64,000 bases of DNA, from assembly GCA_938036825.1 (NCBI GenBank), contig CALHWD010000019.1, positions 8,404 through 72,403 on the forward strand. Reading direction: 5' to 3'. Both the position numbers and the translations under genes were made by a program. Below the pieces are notes generated by a model that saw only the letters and a list, made by a program, of their open reading frames with translations, was not told the DNA's origin and made no database searches. Below, piece by piece: positions 45,977 through 55,641 of this stretch (its first letter is position 1; every line of letters begins with the position of its first letter). Source of the stretch: an uncultured Candidatus Saccharibacteria bacterium. GTDB lineage: Bacteria > Patescibacteriota > Saccharimonadia > Saccharimonadales > Saccharimonadaceae.

Positions 45977-47740
45977 ATGAAAAGATCTATAGACCAGCAG
46001 CCATCTCATTACGATACTCGTCCCGAGTATGCATCTACAAAAATAGAAGTTGCAATTAAAGAAGATAATAAACTTCATAGAAAATTCAAGCTGGCCCTTC
46101 GTGACGAGAAGAAATCAAAACACGAGAAGGACACTTATATGCGGGCCAAGTCGATAATTAAAAACGACCAGCAAGAAGCGCTCGCGAAGTTTGTGCAGAC
46201 TGGCGAGAGGAGCACAGTGCCACCAGGTGTTCTCCAACGCTACCGAGAGGAGCAAGCAAGCTGCGAGGCTACTCTTGCCGAAATAGCCGAAGAAGAAAGA
46301 CAATCAATGGAGGAGGATGGCGGCTATGGAGCAGAAGATGAAGTGATGAAAGCTGCAACGCATCTTGGCTATGCGCCATTGACGCCCGATGAAGCAGCAG
46401 AGCAGGTTAATGAAATATATAACGCAACTCAGCTTGGGAAAGACGTACAGCAGCGGTGCCAAATCGTTAAAGATAGGATTGGTGAGATCAATGCCGAGCT
46501 AGCATATTATATGGGCCTCACAGAGCCACCCTTGGCAGTCGTATCTGAGGAGACAGCAATTCGTATCTGGGGTAAAGAGGCGGTCGAGAAGGCACAATCG
46601 GCTGGTGATGCGAGCGAGCCTGGGTATATTGATGTCTTTCCTAATGATGACCGAACATCACGCTCAGGCAACAAGCTGGGATATGGTAGCCGTATGACAC
46701 CAGATTTTATCAAAAAAGATGCCAGCCAGCGGCTCGCGGAGGTTCTTGCAGAATCTGCTGGCGAAGCGTGGACAGTGCAAGAGCTAGGTGATGCAATTTA
46801 TGATCCAAGCAAAGTGCAAACAAAACTCGAGCGGTATAAGCGAGCAAGTATCTTACTATACAGTGCACAAAGATCAGATCGCCCCATCATGATTATTACA
46901 GAAGAGCTGGAGCATAGCGACCTTGTACTGCAGCGTGGGCAGCGATATACCATTGATGAGCGTGGTCGGCGACGTAAGTCAATTACCGTCTACCGTGCGG
47001 TGTCAGCAGATATTGCTAAGCAAGGACTAACAGAAGAGAGGCCAGTAAGTGGTCGTCATGCCAAACACCAGATTCAGATTGAGTGGATCCCACAAGATAC
47101 TGCAGCTGCAGCACATAAAACAGATGACACTACTCGCAGCAAGGCATCATCATCCGCTAGTAGCGCAGAAAATAAAGCTTCGGCCAGCAGCGTGCTAGGT
47201 ATCGATGATGCACTGGCAAAGCGAGCTCTCGAAGCTGTCCGTGCTGCCGCTGACCGTCAAGCAGCAGAAGCCAAAGAGCAGCAAGAAGCCCTCCGCGCTA
47301 CAGAGGCTGCCCTCAGCGCAGAAGTGCGCGTCCAGATTGAGCAGCTTGTAGAGCTTGCACAGCCACTGATCGATAGTTTGCGAGAAAACAGCGCCGACGA
47401 CAATGCAGACAAGCGGGTATTTCCTGTTCAAGATTTGCCCGAGATGGGGAGCCAGTACGCTTCTGAGCACGACCTAGAGATACTCCTCAATAAAGCTCGG
47501 CAGGCTGGGCTTATCAACAAAAAACAGCTGCGCAATCGTGCGTTGTCGTCTGCTGGCGAGGCGCTTTTGCTTATCCTTTATGCATACGACCCGCAGACGA
47601 TGTATGACCTAGTGCGCAATGATGCTGCCAAGCGTGTGCTCCAGCATGAATTCCAGCAAGCGTACGACAACAGAGCTACACGTATAGCGAATGGCCATCA
47701 AGGTGGAGCAGGCGCAGCCCAAGAAAACACCACCAGCTAA
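45977..47740 (+). CDS. hypothetical 587-aa protein (orphan)
   Basis: GGAG Shine-Dalgarno. Charged and coiled-coil rich, with a possible winged-helix-like segment (AGEAWTVQELGDAIY). I recognise no family. Confidence 0.55.
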   Translation: MKRSIDQQPSHYDTRPEYASTKIEVAIKEDNKLHRKFKLALRDEKKSKHEKDTYMRAKSIIKNDQQEALAKFVQTGERSTVPPGVLQRYREEQASCEATLAEIAEEERQSMEEDGGYGAEDEVMKAATHLGYAPLTPDEAAEQVNEIYNATQLGKDVQQRCQIVKDRIGEINAELAYYMGLTEPPLAVVSEETAIRIWGKEAVEKAQSAGDASEPGYIDVFPNDDRTSRSGNKLGYGSRMTPDFIKKDASQRLAEVLAESAGEAWTVQELGDAIYDPSKVQTKLERYKRASILLYSAQRSDRPIMIITEELEHSDLVLQRGQRYTIDERGRRRKSITVYRAVSADIAKQGLTEERPVSGRHAKHQIQIEWIPQDTAAAAHKTDDTTRSKASSSASSAENKASASSVLGIDDALAKRALEAVRAAADRQAAEAKEQQEALRATEAALSAEVRVQIEQLVELAQPLIDSLRENSADDNADKRVFPVQDLPEMGSQYASEHDLEILLNKARQAGLINKKQLRNRALSSAGEALLLILYAYDPQTMYDLVRNDAAKRVLQHEFQQAYDNRATRIANGHQGGAGAAQENTTS

Positions 47741-47841
47741 ACTAGTTGCTATATATACCAAAGTGCGGTATAGTTTAGATTATAAATCCAAAATAGGCAT
47801 CATCCACCAGTGATGATACAGAGAAAGAGGAGGAAAGAAAA

Positions 47842-48714
47842 ATGGGCGAACGATTAGCTTGTAATGTGAAGAAGAAGACAAAAGAGCTTATTGGGGCAGG
47901 GGCTGGCTTAGCTTTGGCATTTGGTGCGGCGGCGTGCTCTGCAGAAACACCACGAAACGAAGCACAACCAACTCAACCTGCTGCCACTGCCGAAACAACA
48001 TCGTCAGCAACACCAACCGCAAATCCATCCATCGAAGCGCCAGCGGACAAAAAGACTCCGCAGCCTGAGCGATCTCACTCTACCGACAAAGCAACGGAGA
48101 TACCATCGTTCTCAGCGCCTCCAACCCAATCGCCTGAGCAGCAGTCGGCGGAAGAGCTTTTGCCTGGCGAAGAGAAGTTAACTGACGAAGAGAATCAAGC
48201 TTTCCGAAAGGAACTAGACCAAGCATTGAATAATGGAGATGAAATCAATATTGGGCGCGGTATCTTTATTATTGAGAGGGGTGACGCGCCAGACCAGAAG
48301 GGTGTATCGCTCTATACTGCGGTCTCTAACCCTGCGGTTGCCAATGTAGGCAAAGAAGTAACTCAGCCTGTATCAGCCAATGAACCAGTAGAGTACTATA
48401 TTTACGACGCGAAGACTGAGCATTGGTCGAAGCTTCACAAAGAGAAGATTTCAAACTATTTTGTAATAGATAGGGACGGTAATGAGCAGCCAGGGCTGCA
48501 ACTCCAGCGAACACAATTTTGGGCAGAGAAGAAGGGGAGCGAGTTAAGAGATGATATCAGTATTGGCACGGACGGTCTGAAGACGCCAACAGGAGGTGAC
48601 TGGACGGGAGAGATGGAAGACATTGCTAAGAAGGGTACCAACTACTCTAGCTCGACTAGAAAAAAGGCGGCTGATGCTGCGGTTGAGTCAATGACACATC
48701 ATCATTCTCGATAG
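47842..48714 (+). CDS. hypothetical lipoprotein
   Basis: AGAGGAGGA Shine-Dalgarno, lipobox-like LAFGAAAC, and a low-complexity Pro/Thr/Ser/Glu linker followed by a globular domain. Confidence 0.6.
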   Translation: MGERLACNVKKKTKELIGAGAGLALAFGAAACSAETPRNEAQPTQPAATAETTSSATPTANPSIEAPADKKTPQPERSHSTDKATEIPSFSAPPTQSPEQQSAEELLPGEEKLTDEENQAFRKELDQALNNGDEINIGRGIFIIERGDAPDQKGVSLYTAVSNPAVANVGKEVTQPVSANEPVEYYIYDAKTEHWSKLHKEKISNYFVIDRDGNEQPGLQLQRTQFWAEKKGSELRDDISIGTDGLKTPTGGDWTGEMEDIAKKGTNYSSSTRKKAADAAVESMTHHHSR

Positions 48715-48727
48715 AGTGGGCAAAAAA

Positions 48728-48768
48728 CAAATGCCTTTCCTCTTGTCATTTTTTGAGGAGAGGCATTT
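48728..48768 (+). terminator. hairpin terminator after the lipoprotein gene
   Basis: AAATGCCTtTCCTC ... GAGGAgAGGCATTT imperfect stem. Confidence 0.55.
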
Positions 48769-48895
48769 GAGTGAAAATAGAGCTGATGCATAACACACTA
48801 GTCCAAAAATACACTCCTCCCTCTTCTCCCTGCACACAAAATATGGTACAATCAATAACTGAATTGTCATCTAATAATTAAATAGAGAGAAAGTC

Positions 48896-49417
48896 ATGAG
48901 TTTTGCACTGATCCAAAAAGTCAATGACCAGCAGAAGAAGCCTGCAGTTGTTGATGTGCGGAGCGGCGACACGGTCCGCGTCCACCAAAAAATCAAAGAA
49001 GGCAACAAAGAGCGCATCCAGATGTTTGAAGGCGTGGTAATCCGCACCGACAACAAGGGCCAGCACACCAGCCGCATTACTGTACGCAAGATTACCAGCG
49101 GTGTAGGGGTAGAGAAGTCGTTCTTGCTGCACAGTCCACTCGTTGAGAAGGTCGAGGTGATGCGCCGCGCTAAGGTGCGCCGCAACTTCCTGAGCTACCT
49201 GCGTGGCCGTAGCGGTAAGTCAGCTCGCCTGACTGCCGTACAATTCGACCGCGAGGCGGTTAACAACGTGCACGATGCTCATGCTGAGGCCGAGGCTGCT
49301 CGTCTCAAGGAAGAGAAGGCTAAGGATGCTGCCGAGAAAAAGGCTGCCGAAGACGCCAAGCAAGCTGAGCTAGATGCTAAGGCTGCCGAGGTTGCCGCTC
49401 GCCACGAAGCTGCGTAG
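48896..49417 (+). CDS. rplS: 50S ribosomal protein L19 with an Ala/Glu/Lys-rich C-terminal extension
   Basis: [28 protein letters not shown] core, plus about 55 extra C-terminal residues. Confidence 0.93.
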   Translation: MSFALIQKVNDQQKKPAVVDVRSGDTVRVHQKIKEGNKERIQMFEGVVIRTDNKGQHTSRITVRKITSGVGVEKSFLLHSPLVEKVEVMRRAKVRRNFLSYLRGRSGKSARLTAVQFDREAVNNVHDAHAEAEAARLKEEKAKDAAEKKAAEDAKQAELDAKAAEVAARHEAA

Positions 49418-49683
49418 AATAGCTACTGTAAGAAAGCTTTTGTATCCGCCTCTATCTCAGGGGCGGATTTGTATTAGGAGAGCTACGCTATTAGTTTGTT
49501 TTGCCTTGAACGCTTGGCTTGTGAGACTTTGGTAAACAACCTCTCCTGAGCACCGAAAGGGAAGAGTCTGATATATGGATGAGGTATGAAGATAATACGC
49601 ACAACATATCCGCTGCAATAGCTACACCATGATACGCTATAGGCCTGTGGCAGCTGTCTTGCAGGCGATGCTATACTAGGGAT

Positions 49684-50169
49684 ATGAGTATCTTTACCAT
49701 TGTTTCGATTGTTATACCAGTTGTCTTGGCGAGTAGTATACCGCCTATCTTGCAGCATTATGGCTATACACACGAGCGGCGCTACCGTTGGCTACTGTAC
49801 CTGGCGTGTGGGTTGTTCTTTGTCTCGTGGTATGTGCCGTCGCCGTTGATCGATGGGCAAGACACGGCATTTATGACGCACTTCATCGGTGGTGGGATAT
49901 TTACCGGCTGCCTGTGGCTCTACCTCAAGCATGCGCTGGGTTGGCGCTGGTATTGGCTAGTGGAGGTATTCTCGCTGTTTGCGCTGGTGTCGGCGCTTGG
50001 CTGTATGAATGAGCTATTTGAGCTGCTGGTGGCGAAGACTGGCGTGGCTCGCTTGCCGCTGGATGATACCAACTGGGATATCGCGGCCAATACTGCTGGG
50101 GCACTGCTTGTTTGGCTAGTGTGGCTGGCTGTAGTGGGGTGGCAGCAGATAGCTCGTCGCAGCGCATAA
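49684..50169 (+). CDS. hypothetical membrane protein
   Basis: 5 predicted TM helices. TGcTATACT lies 6 nt before the ATG. Confidence 0.55.
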   Translation: MSIFTIVSIVIPVVLASSIPPILQHYGYTHERRYRWLLYLACGLFFVSWYVPSPLIDGQDTAFMTHFIGGGIFTGCLWLYLKHALGWRWYWLVEVFSLFALVSALGCMNELFELLVAKTGVARLPLDDTNWDIAANTAGALLVWLVWLAVVGWQQIARRSA

Positions 50170-50194
50170 ATAGCTAAGTAGCGAGGCATAAAGC

Positions 50195-50219
50195 AAAGCC
50201 ACCGCTTGAGGGTGGCTTT
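50195..50219. terminator. bidirectional terminator between convergent membrane-protein genes
   Basis: 9-bp stem AAAGCCACC/GGTGGCTTT with a 7-nt loop. Confidence 0.6.
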
Positions 50220-50241
50220 ATGCTTTCGTGTACCGATGCTA

Positions 50242-50451
50242 TTATTTTGTCTTGCGAGATTCTGCTTGCTCGGTGAGAACGGCGCAAATCGCCTCGAGAT
50301 TCTCGTCGATCGCAGCCACGTGCCGTCTGATCTGCTTGGTGCGTCGGCCCTGCCGGACGACCCAACAGATGCCACAGATAAACAAGATAAAATACACGAC
50401 GTTAAGTGCGACTGCTAGTATGAGGAGTGGTGCTGGCCCGGTGATTTCCAT
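50242..50451 (-). CDS. hypothetical small single-pass membrane protein
   Basis: 69 aa: MEITGPAPLLILAVALNVVYFILFICGICWVV followed by a basic/helical tail. Lies downstream of the lipoprotein gene on the same strand. Confidence 0.4.
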   Translation of the reverse strand: MEITGPAPLLILAVALNVVYFILFICGICWVVRQGRRTKQIRRHVAAIDENLEAICAVLTEQAESRKTK

Positions 50452-50521
50452 AATAGGTATCGATAATCCTTTCGTGTTAATGCTATATGGTTCGGTGCTG
50501 TATCTTTTGCGAGGGTGAGTG

Positions 50522-50872
50522 CTATGGTACGCACTGCCAGGTTGGCTGAGCCTGCTGATGGCTAACAATGGCGCGCGTGCCATGGTGGTGAGCCGTGCAA
50601 TATGCTTGCATATTAAGGCTACCCTTGTCTGTGAAGGTAAAGCCTGAGAAAAGCGATATCGAGTAGGTGAGGTTGTAGCACGACCACCCGTATGGGTTGC
50701 TCTTACCAAGCGTATATGCGCCCGTATGGTGCTGATGCGTGCACACCTCGTGTGGCTGTATGGTATGCACTGGCACTGCTGCAGCTGACCCGGTGGGGAC
50801 GCCAGCGCATCCAGCAATGGCGCATGCAACCACTCCGGTAGCAAAAAGTGTGTGCCAAAGCGTTCTTGTCAT
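50522..50872 (-). CDS. hypothetical Cys/His-rich lipoprotein
   Basis: AAGGAGGAG Shine-Dalgarno, a signal peptide with lipobox IAGC, and His clusters (CTHQHH, CTAHHH). Confidence 0.55.
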   Translation of the reverse strand: MTRTLWHTLFATGVVACAIAGCAGVPTGSAAAVPVHTIQPHEVCTHQHHTGAYTLGKSNPYGWSCYNLTYSISLFSGFTFTDKGSLNMQAYCTAHHHGTRAIVSHQQAQPTWQCVP

Positions 50873-51123
50873 ACTCCTCCTTATGATGAAGTAATAGTTG
50901 CTAAGCCGAGGGCATGCCTTGATTGTAATGGATTAGCTATGCTCTCGCAACAGAAAATAGATAAATCAGCAAGAAGCACGAACAAGAACAGAGATAAAGG
51001 TTGTATATTATACATCACTATGTTGCTTGACAATATGAGGGAGTGGCTGTTGGTGTGGCGAAGCTAAACGAGTATGAAGATCGGCAGTGTGCGCTATGCC
51101 ATAAAATATGAGACAATCATAGT

Positions 51124-52098
51124 ATGATACTTGGGATTGACGAAGTTGGGCGCGGGCCATGGGCGGGGCCGCTGGTGGTTGGCGCAGTGGTGCTGGGTGG
51201 TGCGGCGATTGATGGGCTGGACGACAGCAAGAAACTGACGAAAAAACGCCGCGAAGCCCTTGCTCAACTCATCCAAGAGCAGGCAGCGGCGTATGCGCTT
51301 GGCTGGGTAAGCGCGGCGGAGCTGGATGATGTAGGGATGAGCGAAGCCCTCCGCCTAGCAACGCGGCGAGCGGTAGAGGCTGTGCAGCAGCAATGCCGCG
51401 AGCAAGCTATTGCGCTCACGGAGATTGTGATCGATGGCAGGGTGAACTTCTTGGCTGGGACGGCATTAGAGCGGTACGTCACGATGCTACCCAAGGCAGA
51501 TGCATTGGTGCCAAGTGTCTCGGCGGCGTCAATCATTGCGAAGGTGGCGCGTGACCAGTATATGGCCGCGCAAGATGTGCTCTACCCCGGCTATGGCTTT
51601 GCGGCGCATGCTGGCTATGGCACAGCGCAGCACCGAGCGGCGATTGCCACCCACGGAGTGACACCACTGCATCGGCTCAGCTTCAAACCGCTCCAGCACT
51701 ACCGCAACGATGATCCTCGCCCAGCAGACGAAGTGCATACTACTCAGCAGTCTGATACACCAACCACACGCGGCAATGCTGGCGAATCAGCTGCAGCCGC
51801 CGCTTTGCAGCAGCACGGCCACCAGATTGTGGCGCGCAACTGGCGGACGAAGTACTGTGAGATCGATATTATTTCGAAACGTGGAGACACACTATACTTT
51901 GCTGAGGTGAAGCATCGCACGGATGATTATGCGGGCGATGGCCTCGCAGCGATTACCCGCAAGAAGCGCAACCAAATGCACTATGCCGCGCGGTTCTATG
52001 CACACCACGAACACATCACCACTATGAACCTCCAACTCATTGCGATTGCTACTAGTGGTAGCCCGCCGCGGGTGGTGCGGATTGAAACCGTTGAGTAG
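51124..52098 (+). CDS. rnhB: RNase HII fused to a YraN (UPF0102) endonuclease-like domain
   Basis: N-terminal GIDEVGRGPWAGPLVV and DDSKKLT. The C-terminal 110 aa contains GESAAAAALQQHGHQIVARNWR..CEIDIIS...YFAEVKHR. Confidence 0.85.
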   Translation: MILGIDEVGRGPWAGPLVVGAVVLGGAAIDGLDDSKKLTKKRREALAQLIQEQAAAYALGWVSAAELDDVGMSEALRLATRRAVEAVQQQCREQAIALTEIVIDGRVNFLAGTALERYVTMLPKADALVPSVSAASIIAKVARDQYMAAQDVLYPGYGFAAHAGYGTAQHRAAIATHGVTPLHRLSFKPLQHYRNDDPRPADEVHTTQQSDTPTTRGNAGESAAAAALQQHGHQIVARNWRTKYCEIDIISKRGDTLYFAEVKHRTDDYAGDGLAAITRKKRNQMHYAARFYAHHEHITTMNLQLIAIATSGSPPRVVRIETVE

Positions 52099-52267
52099 TG
52101 ACGGTTTTGCGACCTAAGGTGTATAGATCTATATTTTTCTGCGCGATCACACCTTCTTACTGCTTCGTTCGATAGAGTGCAAGAGCGCATTGTTTTTCTG
52201 ACAGGTTAGCTTGCATTGGCAAAAAGCGAATAGTATCGGGAAATGCAAGGGCGCGGTTCACGTCTCG

Positions 52268-54793
52268 CTATACCTTCGTGAGTGCTGCCACAACCGCCGG
52301 GCCATCGCGCTCAATGAGCTCAACGCGGGCGGTGATGTCTGTAATGCCCATATCAATCACGCGGGTGAGGGCTGGCTCATTGCGCAGTGATGCAAAGAAA
52401 CGCTGGTACTCGCCCAGCTGTTGGCGCGAAGCGAGGATGTTGCCGGCATAGCGAGGGAAGTAGTCAAAGCTCTTGTCGCTGCCGAAGTGCTCTTCAATCC
52501 ACTGCCAATTATCTTGCAGCCATTGCCACGTAGCGTCACGTGCATCGCGGTTGCGCAGCAAGTAAACAAACCAAAAGACGGTATCTTGGGTGCGGACTGT
52601 CTCGGTATCCATTATGAGAGCAAGGAGCTTGCGAATACTTGCGGCGTCGCGCGTACTCGTCACGGCGCTGGCGATATCTTGGCGTAGGTCGCTGCTGGCT
52701 GTTGCCCGATAGTGTGCCAGAAGCTCATCAATCAGCAGCTGAGGCTGCTGGCTGTGGCGGACAACACTACTGGCAATCAGGCTGCGCAGCTCGCTATCGA
52801 GAGCCAATAGGCCACCCACTGCGTAGCGCTGCTGCGCTTCGGCAACCACCGCAGGCTGCTCGCTGTAGAGCATGTGCGCGATGATCGTTGAGCGCAGCTT
52901 GGTGTCGTTCTCGGGTTCATCGGCGCGGGCAATCCAGCCAAGGCGGTCATAACTTTGCTGAGCGAGCTGGCCCACGAACTGCCGCAGTGCTTGCTCGGCA
53001 GGGCTGTGTGGCTCAACGAAGAGCTTGAGGTGGGCAACCACTGACGACATTACGCTCCAGACATGCTCGTCTGTCTCATTGCGGTAAGCGTCAAGGAGGG
53101 TAAGTAAGCTGGCGCTCGATACGCGACCACTCCGAGCCAGTAACAGCTGTTGGGTCAGTAAGAGTGAGCGATCGACGACAGATAGCTCACCGCGCCGCAC
53201 TTGGCCAAGCAAACGCTCTAACAGTGTGTCATCATACTGCGTAATGAAGTGCGAGACATTGTCGTGATTAAGAAGGACTGGCTCATCCAGACTGCGCTCT
53301 ACTACCGTGCGCTGCGTGGTGAGCAGTGCTGGAATAGCTGGTGATGAGCTATGGAGGGGGATCTGCCAGGTAGTGTCATCGGCCGCGTGTGGGCCAATAA
53401 AGAAGCGTTGCTGCTCGAGTACTAGCTGCGAGCCGCTGTGCGAAGCTGTGACAACTGGGTAGCCAGGAGTGCGGATCCAGTGGTTCATAAGTGCAGCAAC
53501 ATCGCGCCCGCTGGCTTGACTCAGCGCGTGCCATAGGTCATCACCCTCGGCATTACTATAGGCATGAGTAGCAAAGTATGCCTGCAGGCCAGTACGAAAG
53601 GCGGCTTCGCCCAGCCAATGCATGAGCATGTAGAGGAGGCGTCCACCCTTGGCGTAGACAATCGCCCCGTCAAAGAGCGTACTAATTTCATCTGGATGAT
53701 GGACAGCTGTTTGAACCGGTTGCACGCCATCAATCGCATCACGGCCAAAGGCCAGTGCACCCTCGTGGTTGCAAAAATCCGTCCACACGTGCCACTCGGG
53801 GTGAATGGCATCGACCGCCAGATATTCCATCATGTTGGCAAAGCTCTCGTTAAGCCAGAGGTTATCCCACCACTTCATCGTCACCAGGTTGCCAAACCAC
53901 TGGTGGCTGAGCTCGTGGCTAATGACGGTGGCAATGTATTGCTTATCGGCGATGGTCGTCGTGGTTGGATCGGCTAGCAGGGCAGACTCACGGTAGGTGA
54001 TGAGCCCCCAGTTCTCCATTGCACCGCTGCTAAAATCTGGTACTGCAACGTGATCGGATTTAGGTAAGGGGTAGGGCGTGTCGAAGTATTCATTGAAGAA
54101 CTCAATTGAGCGGATGGCATGCTCAAGGGCGAAATTGAGGCTTGCAGGGGCTTGCGCTGGTGTAGCCCAGACGGACACCTCTACACCATCCTTCGTCTGA
54201 CCCGTGATGTGCTGCAACTCACCCATCACGAGCGCCACCAGGTAGGTGCTCATGCGCGGCGTCTGGGTAAAGGTAGTGATAAGCCGACCATCTGCTTCCT
54301 GCTGCACCTGGACGGGCATATTGCCAAGCACCGTGATGCCCGGCTCAGTTGTAACGGTTATGTCGAAGGTTGCTTTGGCGGCAGGCTCATCAATACAAGG
54401 GAATACCTCGCGCGCATGATGACTCTCGAACTGCGTCATAAGCAATTCCTTCTTCGCGCCGTCATGCTGATAATAACAGGGGTAGAGACCATGAAGTGAG
54501 TCAGTAATTGCTGCTTCGTACGTGAGAGTAATAGTATGAGTGCCAGCACTCAGCGTTGGTAGGTGCAGCGAGATTTCGTCATCATTATGCTCCACAGAGG
54601 CTGGCTGGCCGTCGATCGTTGCGCTAGTGATCGTGAGGTCTTTGGCGTGGAGCTTAATTGGTGTATTGGCCTGCGTCGTCTCGCCAGTGATCGTCACTTG
54701 CCCTGCAAAGTGCCGCTGCTGGCGATCGATATCCAGCGCCAGCTGATAGTGAGTTGGTATAAAAAAGTCGATGAGATGAGTAACCTGTTGCAT
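52268..54793 (-). CDS. pepN: M1 family aminopeptidase N
   Basis: GAMEN and HELSHQWFGNLVT..x18..E zinc motif. 841 aa. Confidence 0.93.
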   Translation of the reverse strand: MQQVTHLIDFFIPTHYQLALDIDRQQRHFAGQVTITGETTQANTPIKLHAKDLTITSATIDGQPASVEHNDDEISLHLPTLSAGTHTITLTYEAAITDSLHGLYPCYYQHDGAKKELLMTQFESHHAREVFPCIDEPAAKATFDITVTTEPGITVLGNMPVQVQQEADGRLITTFTQTPRMSTYLVALVMGELQHITGQTKDGVEVSVWATPAQAPASLNFALEHAIRSIEFFNEYFDTPYPLPKSDHVAVPDFSSGAMENWGLITYRESALLADPTTTTIADKQYIATVISHELSHQWFGNLVTMKWWDNLWLNESFANMMEYLAVDAIHPEWHVWTDFCNHEGALAFGRDAIDGVQPVQTAVHHPDEISTLFDGAIVYAKGGRLLYMLMHWLGEAAFRTGLQAYFATHAYSNAEGDDLWHALSQASGRDVAALMNHWIRTPGYPVVTASHSGSQLVLEQQRFFIGPHAADDTTWQIPLHSSSPAIPALLTTQRTVVERSLDEPVLLNHDNVSHFITQYDDTLLERLLGQVRRGELSVVDRSLLLTQQLLLARSGRVSSASLLTLLDAYRNETDEHVWSVMSSVVAHLKLFVEPHSPAEQALRQFVGQLAQQSYDRLGWIARADEPENDTKLRSTIIAHMLYSEQPAVVAEAQQRYAVGGLLALDSELRSLIASSVVRHSQQPQLLIDELLAHYRATASSDLRQDIASAVTSTRDAASIRKLLALIMDTETVRTQDTVFWFVYLLRNRDARDATWQWLQDNWQWIEEHFGSDKSFDYFPRYAGNILASRQQLGEYQRFFASLRNEPALTRVIDMGITDITARVELIERDGPAVVAALTKV

Positions 54794-54948
54794 AAAACTA
54801 GTATACCGGAATTATGCACTACTCGCTATATTGCTATTGAGATGACGAGTGGTAGATCTCGATCCTCAAACTATTTTCTCAGTGTCATTCTTTCTTCCTC
54901 CTGCTACTTCATTGATAACAGGTGTGATACCACCACAAATTGACCCTA

Positions 54949-54957
54949 TGCTATGAT
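54949..54957 (+). promoter_or_regulatory. extended -10 (TGcTATGAT) of the leaderless DUF1524 gene
   Basis: 6 nt before the ATG at 54964. Confidence 0.55.
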
Positions 54958-54963
54958 ATGACT

Positions 54964-55641
54964 ATGGAATATCGTCGTCGCCGCGTCATAACGATGTTTT
55001 TGCTCGCTGGTATTGTCATTATTGCGCTCGCGATATATGCAGCGTGGCAGTTGGCGCAGTCAAGTCATTCACCACAGGGTAATGGCGAGGCGCTAGTAGC
55101 GCTGGAGGCATTGCCCGTTAAGGGCCGTGCGCCCAAGACTGGATATGCGCGTAGCCAATTTGGCGCGGGCTGGGCAACGACGAGTGGCTGCGATACGCGC
55201 AATATCATCCTCGCACGCGACCTCAAGCAGGCGGTGATGAGTGGTAACTGTAAAGTAGCGAGTGGCCAGCTCGACGACCCATACACAGGCAAGCGCATCA
55301 CCTTCCAGCGAGGGAGTGGCACGAGCACTGCGGTTCAGATCGACCATGTTGTTGCTCTCAGTAACGCTTGGCAAACCGGTGCACAGCAGCTCAGTAGCGA
55401 GCAGCGGCAGCAGCTTGCCAATGATCCACTTGAGCTTCTAGCGGTCGATGGCCCGGCCAACCAGCAAAAGGGCGATGGTGATGCTGCCACGTGGCTGCCT
55501 AGCCATAAGCCGTTTCGCTGCCAGTATGTTGCCCGGCAGATTGCCGTTAAGCGCAAATATCACCTCTGGGTCACCACGGGCGAAAAAGCCGCCATGCAGC
55601 GAGTCCTCGCCACGTGCCCCGGGCAGGGAGTGCCTGGCTAA
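54964..55641 (+). CDS. membrane-anchored DUF1524/HNH-like nuclease family protein
   Basis: N-terminal TM, then QIDHVVALSNAW and AVDGPANQQKGD motifs (GmrSD C-terminal type). Confidence 0.7.
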   Translation: MEYRRRRVITMFLLAGIVIIALAIYAAWQLAQSSHSPQGNGEALVALEALPVKGRAPKTGYARSQFGAGWATTSGCDTRNIILARDLKQAVMSGNCKVASGQLDDPYTGKRITFQRGSGTSTAVQIDHVVALSNAWQTGAQQLSSEQRQQLANDPLELLAVDGPANQQKGDGDAATWLPSHKPFRCQYVARQIAVKRKYHLWVTTGEKAAMQRVLATCPGQGVPG

